From: Candidatus Nanohaloarchaea archaeon
GTDB taxonomy: Archaea > Nanohalarchaeota > Nanosalinia > Nanosalinales > Nanosalinaceae
Length of the DNA stretch: 32,974 nt
Assembly: GCA_046539225.1 (NCBI GenBank)
Contig: JBKHHG010000004.1
Span: 1-32,974 of the forward strand
Direction: 5' to 3'
The notes beneath the pieces are model-generated. The model saw only the letters and a list, made by a program, of their open reading frames with translations, searched no databases and was not told the DNA's origin. This document shows positions 16,297 to 25,755 of the stretch, in pieces. The number at the start of each line of letters is the position of its first letter. The first letter of the stretch is position 1. A program made the translations under genes and the position numbers.

Positions 16297-16882
16297 TCTC
16301 TCTTTTCTTTTACAATTTTTAGAAATCTCAGTTCTAGTTTCAATTGTTGCAGGGGTTGGAGGATTTGTTTTTCAGAAGAGCTTTCAGTATTTTCTCGATA
16401 AGAATATTGAACAGGTGAGGAATGAGAATAGAAAAGATGAAATTGAATTTACTGAATTTAAACAGCGCCAAATTAAGTCTTTGGAAGAGCTATATGAGCG
16501 TCTAGTTTTATGCTATCAGGAAATGTATTCTTTAACCAGGCCTTATCAGGATGTAAAAGAGCCAGATAAGGAAGAAAAATTACAGTCTGCCGCTGAAGCC
16601 CTCAATGAGTTCCGCAGATATTACGAAAGAAAAAGGATATATCTTCCAAATGAAATGGATCAAAAATTAGATGACTTTCATTCTGAGCTGAAGAGTAATT
16701 TCACATCCTTCAAGAACCTGGTTTTAAGACAGGAAGGAATAAGAGATAGTGAAGTTCAGAAGAAAAAGGTTGATAAGCATGACGAGATATGGGAGAAGAT
16801 AGACAAAGATGTTTCAGAGATGAAAGAGGAGATTAGGGATAAAATAAAACAGATAATGAGGTCAAAAGAACCTCAAATTTAA
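16289..16882 (+). CDS. Hypothetical protein with N-terminal TM and helical body, AT-rich
   Basis: 197-aa ORF overlapping the radA stop, with visibly lower GC than its neighbours. Confidence 0.75.
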   Translation: MADLSFLLQFLEISVLVSIVAGVGGFVFQKSFQYFLDKNIEQVRNENRKDEIEFTEFKQRQIKSLEELYERLVLCYQEMYSLTRPYQDVKEPDKEEKLQSAAEALNEFRRYYERKRIYLPNEMDQKLDDFHSELKSNFTSFKNLVLRQEGIRDSEVQKKKVDKHDEIWEKIDKDVSEMKEEIRDKIKQIMRSKEPQI

Positions 16883-17136
16883 AGTATGTCGTCTTCTGAT
16901 ACGATTACGAAGTCTCCTACGCTTTTTACTGCGGAGAAGGGGATGATGTTCCGGCCTTTGTCGTCGCTCTGCAGCTCTGATTCGTCGAGGTGCTTGGTTG
17001 TGTCTGTGACGAGCAGGTTCATCAGCTCTCCGGAGCTTGATACGAATGATAGGTCCTGTACTTTACCGAATTTTTTGCCGTGTTCTTCGGATACTACGGT
17101 TCTTCCTGTAATCTCTTTTGCACGTGGATTCGCCAT
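16879..17136 (-). CDS. PRC-barrel domain protein
   Basis: I.GR.VVS...GK..G.V.DL......GEL..L.V and IPF.AVKSVGDFVIV motifs. Confidence 0.9.
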   Translation of the reverse strand: MANPRAKEITGRTVVSEEHGKKFGKVQDLSFVSSSGELMNLLVTDTTKHLDESELQSDDKGRNIIPFSAVKSVGDFVIVSEDDIL

Positions 17137-17183
17137 TTAACACACCTTACAACTATTAACTTGTGATCCATAGTTAAAAGTAT

Positions 17184-17717
17184 ATGGCGAGGGCGTTCAC
17201 CGCGATCGATATTCCGGATGAGGTCGCGCAGAGGCTTTCCAGGATACAGGAAGAGATCGGTGTGGGAAAACCGGTGAGGCCTGAGAAGATGCATGTAACT
17301 CTGGAGTTCTTCCAGGATCTTTCCCGGGAAGAAATTGATCAAACAGTTGAAAGTCTTGAAGGCCTGGAGTTCAGGCCTTTCAAAGCGAAAGTTAAAGGCC
17401 TCGGAGTCTTTCCTTCAAAACGGTTTATCCGGGTTTTATGGGCTGGAGTTGATTCCCGGGAAGTTGAAAAGCTGTATGAGCGGAGCTGTTCCGTTACGCC
17501 GGAGTCGGACAACGACCACGATTTCAGGCCTCACATCACTCTTTCCCGTGTAAAGGATTTGAAGAGGGGTGAGAAGAAACGTGTGCATGAGGCGTTGCAG
17601 AAGTACTCGGGCAAAGGTTTTGGAAGCTTTAAAGTGGATAAACTCAGGTTTTACAGGTCGCGGCTGCAGGAAAACGGCAGCGAGTACACCGAACTCTACG
17701 TGAAAGACCTTGGATAA
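17184..17717 (+). CDS. thpR: RNA 2',3'-cyclic phosphodiesterase / 2'-5' RNA ligase (2H family)
   Basis: RAF.AID, the HVTL and F.PHITL.R HxT motifs, G.GVFP and RVLWAG. Confidence 0.95.
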   Translation: MARAFTAIDIPDEVAQRLSRIQEEIGVGKPVRPEKMHVTLEFFQDLSREEIDQTVESLEGLEFRPFKAKVKGLGVFPSKRFIRVLWAGVDSREVEKLYERSCSVTPESDNDHDFRPHITLSRVKDLKRGEKKRVHEALQKYSGKGFGSFKVDKLRFYRSRLQENGSEYTELYVKDLG

Positions 17718-18057
17718 GAGCATTACCGAGACCGATATCTACAGGATCTGTCTTTTTCTCTCGTTGACAGGCCTCGCCTTGATCCATATATCCCAGAGCT
17801 ATATCACGCCGGAAAAAGTCGGGATCGAGAGCATCGACGAAACAGATCTCGGTAACTCTGTCACGGTGGAAGGCAACGTCAGCCTTGAACACTCAACCGG
17901 GAACGCGGATTTCCTGAAGATACGTGATGCCACGGGATCGATCCGTGCAGTAGACTTTGAGCAACGTAGTATACCAGAAAAGGCCTCTGTATCGGGTTAC
18001 GTCGATGTTTACGAGGGAGAGCTCCAGATAGTGGTGGAAGGATTCACTGGAAAATAG
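17710..18057 (+). CDS. Membrane-anchored OB-fold protein
   Basis: N-terminal TM helix followed by V.VEG.V, L.I.D.TG.I.AV and G.VDVYEGELQI. Confidence 0.8.
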   Translation: MDKSITETDIYRICLFLSLTGLALIHISQSYITPEKVGIESIDETDLGNSVTVEGNVSLEHSTGNADFLKIRDATGSIRAVDFEQRSIPEKASVSGYVDVYEGELQIVVEGFTGK

Positions 18058-18093
18058 GTTATTTTATCAACCTCGAGGCCTGAAACTTTTGAT

Positions 18094-18777
18094 ATGTCAG
18101 CTATAATCGATCTGGATAATGTTGGGAAAGTATATCAGATGGGTGACACAGAGTTGGAGGCCTTGAGGGATTCCAACGTGGAGATTGAGGAGGGAGAGTT
18201 TGTGGCTGTTATGGGGCCTTCAGGTTCCGGAAAATCAACTTTGATGAATATGATCGGTGCATTGGATACGCCGAGCTCCGGCGAGGTTTTTGTGGGAGAA
18301 GAGGCTATTTCAGGCCTTGGCGAGGATGAACTGGCTCTTTTAAGGAGTAAGAGGATCGGTTTTATCTTCCAGCAGTTTAACCTGATTCCGAGTATGAACG
18401 CGACGGAGAACGTTGCGTTACCGATGCTTTTCCGGGGAGTTGGAAAGAAGAAAAGGACTGAGAGAGCTGAAGAAATACTGGAAAAAGTAGGCCTTGGAGA
18501 CAGGCTCGAGCATATGCCTTCGGAGCTTTCAGGAGGGCAGAGGCAGAGAGTATCGATTGCAAGATCGCTGGCAAACAACCCAGACATAATACTGGCAGAT
18601 GAGCCTACAGGAAACCTTGACACGGAGACAGGAGAGAAGATCATGGATTTACTGACTGATCTAAACGAGGAGGGTAAGACGATTGTAATGGTAACACATG
18701 ATGAAAACGATGCGGAGTATGCAGACAGAATAATAAAAATCGTGGACGGAAAGACAGGTGTGAAACAGGAAAAATGA
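18094..18777 (+). CDS. ABC transporter ATP-binding protein (LolD/SalX-like)
   Basis: GPSGSGKST, IGFIFQQFNL, LSGGQRQRV, ILADEPTGNLD and VTH motifs. Confidence 0.97.
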   Translation: MSAIIDLDNVGKVYQMGDTELEALRDSNVEIEEGEFVAVMGPSGSGKSTLMNMIGALDTPSSGEVFVGEEAISGLGEDELALLRSKRIGFIFQQFNLIPSMNATENVALPMLFRGVGKKKRTERAEEILEKVGLGDRLEHMPSELSGGQRQRVSIARSLANNPDIILADEPTGNLDTETGEKIMDLLTDLNEEGKTIVMVTHDENDAEYADRIIKIVDGKTGVKQEK

Positions 18778-19964
18778 AAACTAAAATCGTGGTTTTAATC
18801 TTTTTAACAGCTTTAATTTCAGGCCTTGCAACGGCGCAGGGCCAGTCATCAAACCTTGAGATGCAGGTTTTAGACACGGAGCCAGCGCCGCTTCAGGCAG
18901 GAGAGTACGCAGATATCTGGATAAGGGTGACGAACACGGGCTCGGCAGAGGCCTCGGACCCGGTCTTCACAGTCCAGGATAACTATCCGTTTACTCCTAC
19001 CGATAGAACTGAATGGGAGGTAGATGGAGGCCTCGGAACCGGTGAAAGCTACACGATGAGGGCGCAGGTCAAGGTCGATGAGAACGCTGTCTTCGGGAAC
19101 AACAGTTTGAAAGTTGAGAAAAGCGCCAGCGGGGGCTCTACAAGCGTAGAGGAGAGTATTCCTCTGCAGGTCAGGACTGACGATCGTTCGCTGGTTGTCA
19201 GCGATCTGGATTTCCCTGAGAGAGTCGAGCCCGGAAGCTCGGAGGAGTTGAGCATGGAACTGGAGAACCTGGCGGAGTCAAACTTCAGAAACATCGATGT
19301 CTCACTTGACACCTCTGAACTACCTGTAGCTGCCAGAGAGACTTCCAGGAAGAGAATTTCCTCTGTGGGGCCTGACAGCTCTGAGGAGGTCAACTTTACA
19401 TTGGATGTCGACAGTGATGCTGACAACGAGCTACGTGATCTTCCGATCAGCATAGATTACCAGGATCAGGCCGGTAACGAGCTCTCCATGTCGGAGACGA
19501 CAGGAGTATTCATCGGAGGATACCCGAATATCGATGTTGGGATAGACGACTCGGACATCAGATCGACGGGAAGCGGAACCGTTACTTTACAGGTCTTGAA
19601 CCGTGGAGAGGGAGAGGCCCGTTTCGCAGAGGTCCAGATGGAGGAATCGGATCAGTACGAGATTATATCCGAGGACTCGATCTATCTGGGATCGATGATA
19701 GCTGACGACTACCAGACCGCAGAGTTTGAGCTCTACGTAGAGGACTTTGAAGACGGCAGCTTAGACATGCCTGTCACAGTTGACTACAGAGACGGCCAGG
19801 GAGACCAGACAGAAGAATTTGACGTCGAGAGAACGCTTTACTCGGAAGATGAGCTCAGTAGATACGGCCTCAGCCAGTCAGGAAACGTTCTGATTCCTGT
19901 AGTGGTTGCGCTGGCATTGGTCGGAGGCGGAGTCTACTACTGGAGAAAGAGAAAGAAGGAGTAA
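18774..19964 (+). CDS. COG1361 S-layer-domain (Ig-like) membrane-anchored protein
   Basis: Signal peptide, repeated beta-rich Ig-like units, and a C-terminal TM helix with RKRKK; lies inside the ABC operon. Confidence 0.85.
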   Translation: MKTKIVVLIFLTALISGLATAQGQSSNLEMQVLDTEPAPLQAGEYADIWIRVTNTGSAEASDPVFTVQDNYPFTPTDRTEWEVDGGLGTGESYTMRAQVKVDENAVFGNNSLKVEKSASGGSTSVEESIPLQVRTDDRSLVVSDLDFPERVEPGSSEELSMELENLAESNFRNIDVSLDTSELPVAARETSRKRISSVGPDSSEEVNFTLDVDSDADNELRDLPISIDYQDQAGNELSMSETTGVFIGGYPNIDVGIDDSDIRSTGSGTVTLQVLNRGEGEARFAEVQMEESDQYEIISEDSIYLGSMIADDYQTAEFELYVEDFEDGSLDMPVTVDYRDGQGDQTEEFDVERTLYSEDELSRYGLSQSGNVLIPVVVALALVGGGVYYWRKRKKE

Positions 19965-19968
19965 GCCG

Positions 19969-21186
19969 ATGATCCTTGAACTGGCTGAGTTAAGCGGTAA
20001 AAACCTTTTCCGCAGAGGAAAGAGAAGCTGGCTCACAGTAATAGGTGTAATAATAGGGATAACCGCTATAGTAGCGCTTTTCTCACTTGGCCAAGGCCTG
20101 GAAGACTCTGTGACTCAGGAGTTCCAGGATCTGGGCGCCAACACGATCTATATTTTACCTGGATCAGGCCTTCAGGGAGTTTCAGGCGGAGGATCTGATG
20201 CAGGAGAAGGCCTTGAGGAATCTGATCTAGAAGCGGTCAGAAGAACCGGCGGGGTCGGAGAAGCAGGGCCTGTAATCAATGCACAGACGACAGGAGAGTT
20301 CAGAGGCGAGCAACAGCGAGTTCCACTGCTTGGAATCCCGACAGATTCCTCACAGGAGATGATAATGAGAACAAACTCTCTAGAAGTCGATAAAGGTAGA
20401 GATATCCGTTCAACTGACCAGTTCTCAGGCCTGGCGGGTTATGAACTCGTTCAGGGAGATATATTCGAGTACGAGGTAGGCCTGCGTTCTCAGGTAAATG
20501 TTCGAGATACGGATATCAGGGTTGTCGGAACTATGGAGCAGAGCGGCGACCCCGATTATGATCGCAGCCTTGTAATGCCTCTGGAGGCTGTTAGAGACAT
20601 CGTTGACGATGAGGACAGAACAGACTTTATAATCGCGGAAGTATCGAGCGGAGAGCCTGACGAAGTCGCAGACGACATCGAAGAAGAGATCAGGAACGAG
20701 AGAAACGTTAGAGAAGGCGAAGAAGACTTTACAGTCTCGACAGCAGATAATTTGCTGGATTCTTTTCTGGGAATACTGAACCTGGTGCAGTACATCGTTC
20801 TCGGCATTGTTTCAATCGCGTTGTTCGTCGGAGGCCTTGGCATCATGAACACGATGTACATGTCAGTCTCCGAAAGAACCAAGGAGATCGGAATCATGAA
20901 AGCTCTTGGCGCAACGAAAAGGCAGATACTTTCAATCTACTTGGTGGAAGCCGGCGTCATAGGCCTGATAGGCGGGATTATAGGTATTGCGCTAGGCCTT
21001 GGAATCAGCGAGATCGCGTTCTACTTTATTCGTGACTCGGTCGGCATACCTTTAAGGCCTACAAGGTCTCCGTTATTGATAGGAGGTTCTCTCGGGGCTT
21101 CAGTCCTTCTGGGGATGCTCTCAGGTTATCTTCCGGCACGTAAAGCAGCGAACCTTGAGCCTGTGGAGGCGATCAGGCAGGAATGA
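19969..21186 (+). CDS. ABC transporter permease (MacB/SalY/FtsX-like); start ATG19969
   Basis: RSWLTVIGVIIG, VGGLGIMNTMYMSVSERTKEIGIMKALGA and PARKAANL.PVEAIR motifs. Confidence 0.95.
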   Translation: MILELAELSGKNLFRRGKRSWLTVIGVIIGITAIVALFSLGQGLEDSVTQEFQDLGANTIYILPGSGLQGVSGGGSDAGEGLEESDLEAVRRTGGVGEAGPVINAQTTGEFRGEQQRVPLLGIPTDSSQEMIMRTNSLEVDKGRDIRSTDQFSGLAGYELVQGDIFEYEVGLRSQVNVRDTDIRVVGTMEQSGDPDYDRSLVMPLEAVRDIVDDEDRTDFIIAEVSSGEPDEVADDIEEEIRNERNVREGEEDFTVSTADNLLDSFLGILNLVQYIVLGIVSIALFVGGLGIMNTMYMSVSERTKEIGIMKALGATKRQILSIYLVEAGVIGLIGGIIGIALGLGISEIAFYFIRDSVGIPLRPTRSPLLIGGSLGASVLLGMLSGYLPARKAANLEPVEAIRQE

Positions 21187-22343
21187 TTCGAGGCCTTTCC
21201 AAATTAGCTATTCGGAATACTTTGCGTCGAGGTAAGAAGTCCTGGATCACAGTGATTGGAGTCTTCATTGGTATAGCAGCAGTGGTCTCGTTGGTCTCGC
21301 TGGGTCAGGGGCTTGAAGTTGCGATCAATCAGGAGTTTGAAGGCCTGGGAGCGAACAACATCTTTGTATCCGGAAATATAGACGACGATGCTCTGGATGT
21401 GGTGAGGGGCGCCCGTGGTGTCGATGAGGCCGCAGGCACGTACTCCAGCAGCGAGCCGGTGGATTTCTCTGGTGAGACTCAGACAGTAAATGTCCAGGGA
21501 ATAGAGCTGGACAGAGCAGAACTTGTGTTCAGCGGTCAGGGCTGGAGTATAGAGGACGGGAGACAGCTTAGATCGACTGATAGATCCGCAGCAGTTCTGG
21601 GTCCAAGCGTTCAGGACCAGTACGAAAACGATATAGGTATCAGAAGCCAGATGCGGCTCAGAGAGGAAAACTTCAGGGTCACAGGATTCATGTCCGCAGG
21701 CGATCCACAGGCCCAGAGCTCGATGATTATAGGCCTGGAAAGAATGAGAGAGATGTATGACCTGGAAGACGAACTTTCACAGATAGTAGTAGAGGTACAG
21801 CCAGGATTCACGCAGGAAGAAGTCCAGGAAAACATTGAACAGGATCTGAGAAGAGATAGAGGCCTCCAGGAAGGCGATGAAGACTTTTCAACCAATACTC
21901 CGCAGGATATTCAAGATTCACTGACCTCCATACTTGGCGTAGTCCAGGGAATCGTTGTAGGCCTTGCATCGATCGCTCTACTCGTGGGAGGGATCGGAAT
22001 AATGAACACGATGTACATGGCTATCAACGAGCGCACACAGGAGATCGGAGTGATGAAAGCCATAGGAGCATCGAAGAAAGAGATCAGAACCCTGTTTTTA
22101 CTTGAAGCAGGCCTGATCGGATTGATAGGAGGAATAATAGGAGTGATAATCGGAATAGGAATCAGCGAGATCGCGGTCTATCTGGCCTCAAACTTCAGCG
22201 ACATAGCGATTTCAAGAGGCTACAATCTCTCACTCATAGCAGGCGCTCTAACATTTGCCACGTTACTAGGCCTGATTTCAGGTTATCTACCTTCCAGAAG
22301 AGCTTCAAACCTGGATCCGGCGGAGGCCTTGCGTTACGAGTAA
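21183..22343 (+). CDS. ABC transporter permease (MacB/SalY/FtsX-like), second paralog
   Basis: VGGIGIMNTMYM.I.ERT.EIG.MKAIGA and P.RRA.NLDP.EALRYE motifs. Confidence 0.95.
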   Translation: MIRGLSKLAIRNTLRRGKKSWITVIGVFIGIAAVVSLVSLGQGLEVAINQEFEGLGANNIFVSGNIDDDALDVVRGARGVDEAAGTYSSSEPVDFSGETQTVNVQGIELDRAELVFSGQGWSIEDGRQLRSTDRSAAVLGPSVQDQYENDIGIRSQMRLREENFRVTGFMSAGDPQAQSSMIIGLERMREMYDLEDELSQIVVEVQPGFTQEEVQENIEQDLRRDRGLQEGDEDFSTNTPQDIQDSLTSILGVVQGIVVGLASIALLVGGIGIMNTMYMAINERTQEIGVMKAIGASKKEIRTLFLLEAGLIGLIGGIIGVIIGIGISEIAVYLASNFSDIAISRGYNLSLIAGALTFATLLGLISGYLPSRRASNLDPAEALRYE

Positions 22344-22377
22344 ACCCTGACCATTGGCAGGTAAAGTAAGAGGAGGC

Positions 22378-23412
22378 CTAAAAATGCTCCTCGAGGGTTT
22401 CAAAGCCGTCCTCTATAAACTCCACAGTGTCTTCAAGATCCGACATCTTCACTACCTCTATCGGAGAGTGGATGTGTCTTGTAGGAACGCTTATAGAGCC
22501 TGTCGGGACACCGTCTTTTTCGAGTTCGATCGACATTGCGTCTGTAGCCCCTCCTTCAATGATCACCCGGTGATAATCGTATTCTCCGCCTTCGGCAGCA
22601 TCTATCAGCCATTCTTTGACGTTTTGAGGTGTTATAAGGCCTCTTCCCGAGGCCTGGACAAGGTCTATCCCCGGTCCGTCGCCGAGCTCCGAGCTTACCT
22701 CGTTTTCCTCAATTCCGGGAACTTTTGCCATTCCTATGTCGATCGCGAGGCCTACATCAGGGTCTACACTATATGTAGCTGTTTTGGCGCCTTTTGTGCC
22801 GACTTCTTCCCGTGTGGAGAACACGACCGTTAGCTTGTAGTCTTCGTCGAAACGTTTGAAGGCCTCGATCGCGACTGCGCAGCCGACTCTGTCGTCGAAG
22901 GCAGGAGCAGTAACTCTGTCGCCGCCTAACTCTGTGAAGTCTCTCTGGTAATGGATGAAGTCCCCTATCTTTACACCCATTTCGCGGGCTTCTTCCTCGT
23001 CTTCCGCGCCGATGTCGATAAACATTTTGTCGATCTCCGGCAGCTTGTTTTTCTCTTCCTTGTCCTGGAGGTGCGGTGGTTTAATCGAGATTACTCCTGT
23101 GATGTTTCCTTCTCCGGTTTCGATCTCCACTCTCTGGTTCACTACGCCGGATTCAAACATTCCTCCAATCTTTGTAAACCATACAAAACCGTTTTCATCG
23201 ATTCTCTTGACGGAGAGGCCTATCTGGTCCATATGCGCCATCAGCATCAGGTTTTTACCGTTAGATCCTTTCTCAGCTATCAGGTTGCCGAAGTCGTCCA
23301 CCCTGACGCTATCAGCTTCGTCCTCGATCTCTTCCATGATTTTCTGCCTGATTTTGGATTCGTTTCCGGATACCCCGGAGGTCTCCACGAGTTCTTTCAA
23401 AAGCTGTTTCAT
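22378..23412 (-). CDS. M42 family (TET) aminopeptidase
   Basis: GVSG.E, AHMDQ, DDRVG, EEVG..GA, AID, GGATDA and RHIHS ligand motifs. Confidence 0.95.
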   Translation of the reverse strand: MKQLLKELVETSGVSGNESKIRQKIMEEIEDEADSVRVDDFGNLIAEKGSNGKNLMLMAHMDQIGLSVKRIDENGFVWFTKIGGMFESGVVNQRVEIETGEGNITGVISIKPPHLQDKEEKNKLPEIDKMFIDIGAEDEEEAREMGVKIGDFIHYQRDFTELGGDRVTAPAFDDRVGCAVAIEAFKRFDEDYKLTVVFSTREEVGTKGAKTATYSVDPDVGLAIDIGMAKVPGIEENEVSSELGDGPGIDLVQASGRGLITPQNVKEWLIDAAEGGEYDYHRVIIEGGATDAMSIELEKDGVPTGSISVPTRHIHSPIEVVKMSDLEDTVEFIEDGFETLEEHF

Positions 23413-23450
23413 ACTGAAGATTTAGGCCTCTACACTTTAATTTCCCGCTG

Positions 23451-24491
23451 CTAAAAATAGTCTTCAAAGCTCTGGAAGGCCTGCTCCATGAAATCGACCG
23501 CTTCCTCCGCATCCGACATTTTCAAAACTTCTATGGCTGTATGGAGATGCCTTGTAGGTATAACGACGACTCCAGTCGGAACCCCGGCCTTGCTGATGTT
23601 TATATGGGTTGCGTTAGTCTTTCCCTTGTCGTAAAGCTTTCTATGGTAGTTAAAGCCTTCTGCACTTTCTATAAGCCAGTTTCTCACCGATTCGGGGGTT
23701 ATGACTCCTCTACCCGAGGCCTCCATCATCGTAAGGCCGAATCCGTCGCCAGTGAACTCGTCTGATTCGTCGAGATCCATGTTAGGCGTGTCTCCGGCTC
23801 TCGCGGTTTCAAGGACTACAGCCGCGTCAGGCTCCAGATCGAAAGCCGCTGTTCTCGCACCTTTACCTCCTACTTCTTCCTGGGCCGAGAAAACCGCTAC
23901 AAGCTCGTAGTCCTCGTCAAAGTCGTTAAAGGCCTGGACCGCTATCATGCAGCCGATTCTGTTGTCCATAGCCGGGCCTGTGACGTATCCGTTGATCATT
24001 TCCTTGAAGCCGCGGTCGAAGGTGACGTAGTCGCCGACCCTGACTCCTCTATCCTGCAGCTCTTCCCTGTTTTCCGCTCCGACGTCGACAAAGGCCTTCT
24101 TCATCTGCGGCAGGTCGCCATCGCCCGGATTATCTATAAGGTGCGCGGGTTTTGCCCCGATCACTCCCGTCAGGTTTTCCCCTTCTGAAGAATGTACTTC
24201 AACCCGTTGATTAACGATTGAGATGGGGTAGGCGCCTCCGATCTTCGAGACCCTGATGAATCCGTCTTCCGTTATTCTTCTGACGCCCATGCCGATCTGG
24301 TCCATGTGGGCGTCGATCATCAGGGTTTTATCGCCCGAGCCTTTCCTTGCGATCAGGTTGCCGAAGTCGTCCACCCTGACGCTATCAGCTTCGTCCTCGA
24401 TCTCTTCCATGATTTTCTGCCTTACAGGCCTCTCATTCCCTGATACGCCTGGCGTTTCCACAAGTTTCTTCAGAAGCTGTCTGGGGCTCAT
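23451..24491 (-). CDS. M42 family (TET) aminopeptidase, divergent paralog
   Basis: AHMDQ, DNRIG, QEEVG..GA and RHLHT motifs; VLE and KGKTNA replace AID and GGATDA. Confidence 0.93.
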   Translation of the reverse strand: MSPRQLLKKLVETPGVSGNERPVRQKIMEEIEDEADSVRVDDFGNLIARKGSGDKTLMIDAHMDQIGMGVRRITEDGFIRVSKIGGAYPISIVNQRVEVHSSEGENLTGVIGAKPAHLIDNPGDGDLPQMKKAFVDVGAENREELQDRGVRVGDYVTFDRGFKEMINGYVTGPAMDNRIGCMIAVQAFNDFDEDYELVAVFSAQEEVGGKGARTAAFDLEPDAAVVLETARAGDTPNMDLDESDEFTGDGFGLTMMEASGRGVITPESVRNWLIESAEGFNYHRKLYDKGKTNATHINISKAGVPTGVVVIPTRHLHTAIEVLKMSDAEEAVDFMEQAFQSFEDYF

Positions 24492-24543
24492 GTGTAAAGC
24501 TGTTGATACGAGATTTTAAACAGTAATTGGATAAAGACTCTGT

Positions 24544-24918
24544 ATGCTTCGGTACCTGATAGTGCTTTTGCTTGTGCTGCCTTTCATCGACCTCTACATG
24601 CTGGTAGAGGCGTCAGGCCTACTCGGGTTCTGGACTGTTTTAGGCTTTGTAGTCCTGACAGGCCTGATAGGCGCAGAGCTGATAAGAAGAGAAGGGCACC
24701 ACGTACTTCTAAAACTCCAGCGATCCGTAACTGGAGGAGAGGTCTCGAGAAACGTGGCAGAAGGAGCCATCATACTTTTCTCCGGATTGCTGCTGCTGAC
24801 CCCCGGCTTTCTGACGGACGGCCTCGGTTTCCTGCTTATCCTCAGGCCTTTACGGGAGAGGCTGGTCGCCAGAGTCATTGACGGAGGCTCGATGCGTTTC
24901 GAGGTCAGGACCTTCTGA
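24544..24918 (+). CDS. fxsA: FxsA-family membrane protein
   Basis: LP.ID...L, G.W.V...V.LTG.IG and GLLLLTPGFLTD.LG.L motifs. Confidence 0.9.
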   Translation: MLRYLIVLLLVLPFIDLYMLVEASGLLGFWTVLGFVVLTGLIGAELIRREGHHVLLKLQRSVTGGEVSRNVAEGAIILFSGLLLLTPGFLTDGLGFLLILRPLRERLVARVIDGGSMRFEVRTF

Positions 24919-25606
24919 CCGCCACAGCTACAGAAACCGCGAACACGAAGACACCGATATTCTGAGGAACCTCGAACCCGAAAAGCGACAACGATATGAT
25001 TCCCAGAACGGCAAAAGCGCCGTAACGTATGTAGTCCAGCTCCATAGAGTACTTTTTAAGGCCTGAAGCCAGATAAAGCCCAAAGATTGCGAGGCCTGCC
25101 GTCGTCAACGCAGGTGCCACGTATTCAAAGGTTAGAGGCGCCCGACTCACACCTTGGAAAGACAGTACAAGGCCTGTCAGGATCACCGCGGAAGGCGGAA
25201 ACTTTTTAGCTACTTCAAGATCCAGGATCTGAAGCGAGATCGACAGTATCGCGATTCCCGCTGCATACTTCAAAAGCTCTGTGTTAAACATGTGCTCGAA
25301 AACCGGTGCAACAAGCGCCACAGCAACAACGCCGATAAACAATACGGGTATAACGCTGTTAACCATTTTCAAGGCCTCGGAAACGTTTTCCGACTCCGAG
25401 TAAAGTACTGCCAGAGCTCCTGCCCCTGTAAAGATTGTTACAGCCACATTCAGCATCTGGCTGAAAGTGTTTACAGCTCCTGTCACCAGCAAAGTGGCGA
25501 AGACCCCGTCGACAAGCGGCAGGCACAGTATAAACGCCAGTCTGCGCGTACCGGGATCGAACAGAGTCCGCCGTGAAGCACCAGAGGCGAGTTTGTCCAG
25601 AACCAT
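24905..25606 (-). CDS. Haloarchaeal-type multi-TM membrane protein (DUF5794-like)
   Basis: LPLVDGVF..L...GA motif and about 7 TM segments. The family assignment is from recollection only. Confidence 0.7.
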   Translation of the reverse strand: MVLDKLASGASRRTLFDPGTRRLAFILCLPLVDGVFATLLVTGAVNTFSQMLNVAVTIFTGAGALAVLYSESENVSEALKMVNSVIPVLFIGVVAVALVAPVFEHMFNTELLKYAAGIAILSISLQILDLEVAKKFPPSAVILTGLVLSFQGVSRAPLTFEYVAPALTTAGLAIFGLYLASGLKKYSMELDYIRYGAFAVLGIISLSLFGFEVPQNIGVFVFAVSVAVAVRRS

Positions 25607-25755
25607 GAGGAGAACAGCCTGAAGGCCTGGAATTTAATTAAACTTGTTCCAGGTAAAATTGTGCTTGGAAAAAGTGAACGCAGTCTCCGAAAACTGTTTT
25701 GCTATATTGCTTGCTGCGTTCATACAAGCCTGTTAGGCCTCACCTGTTAAAAACC

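Noticed and set aside
18094..22343. ABC + COG1361 + two permeases as a novel system
   Set aside because: This arrangement is common in archaea, and nothing in the sequence distinguishes this copy.
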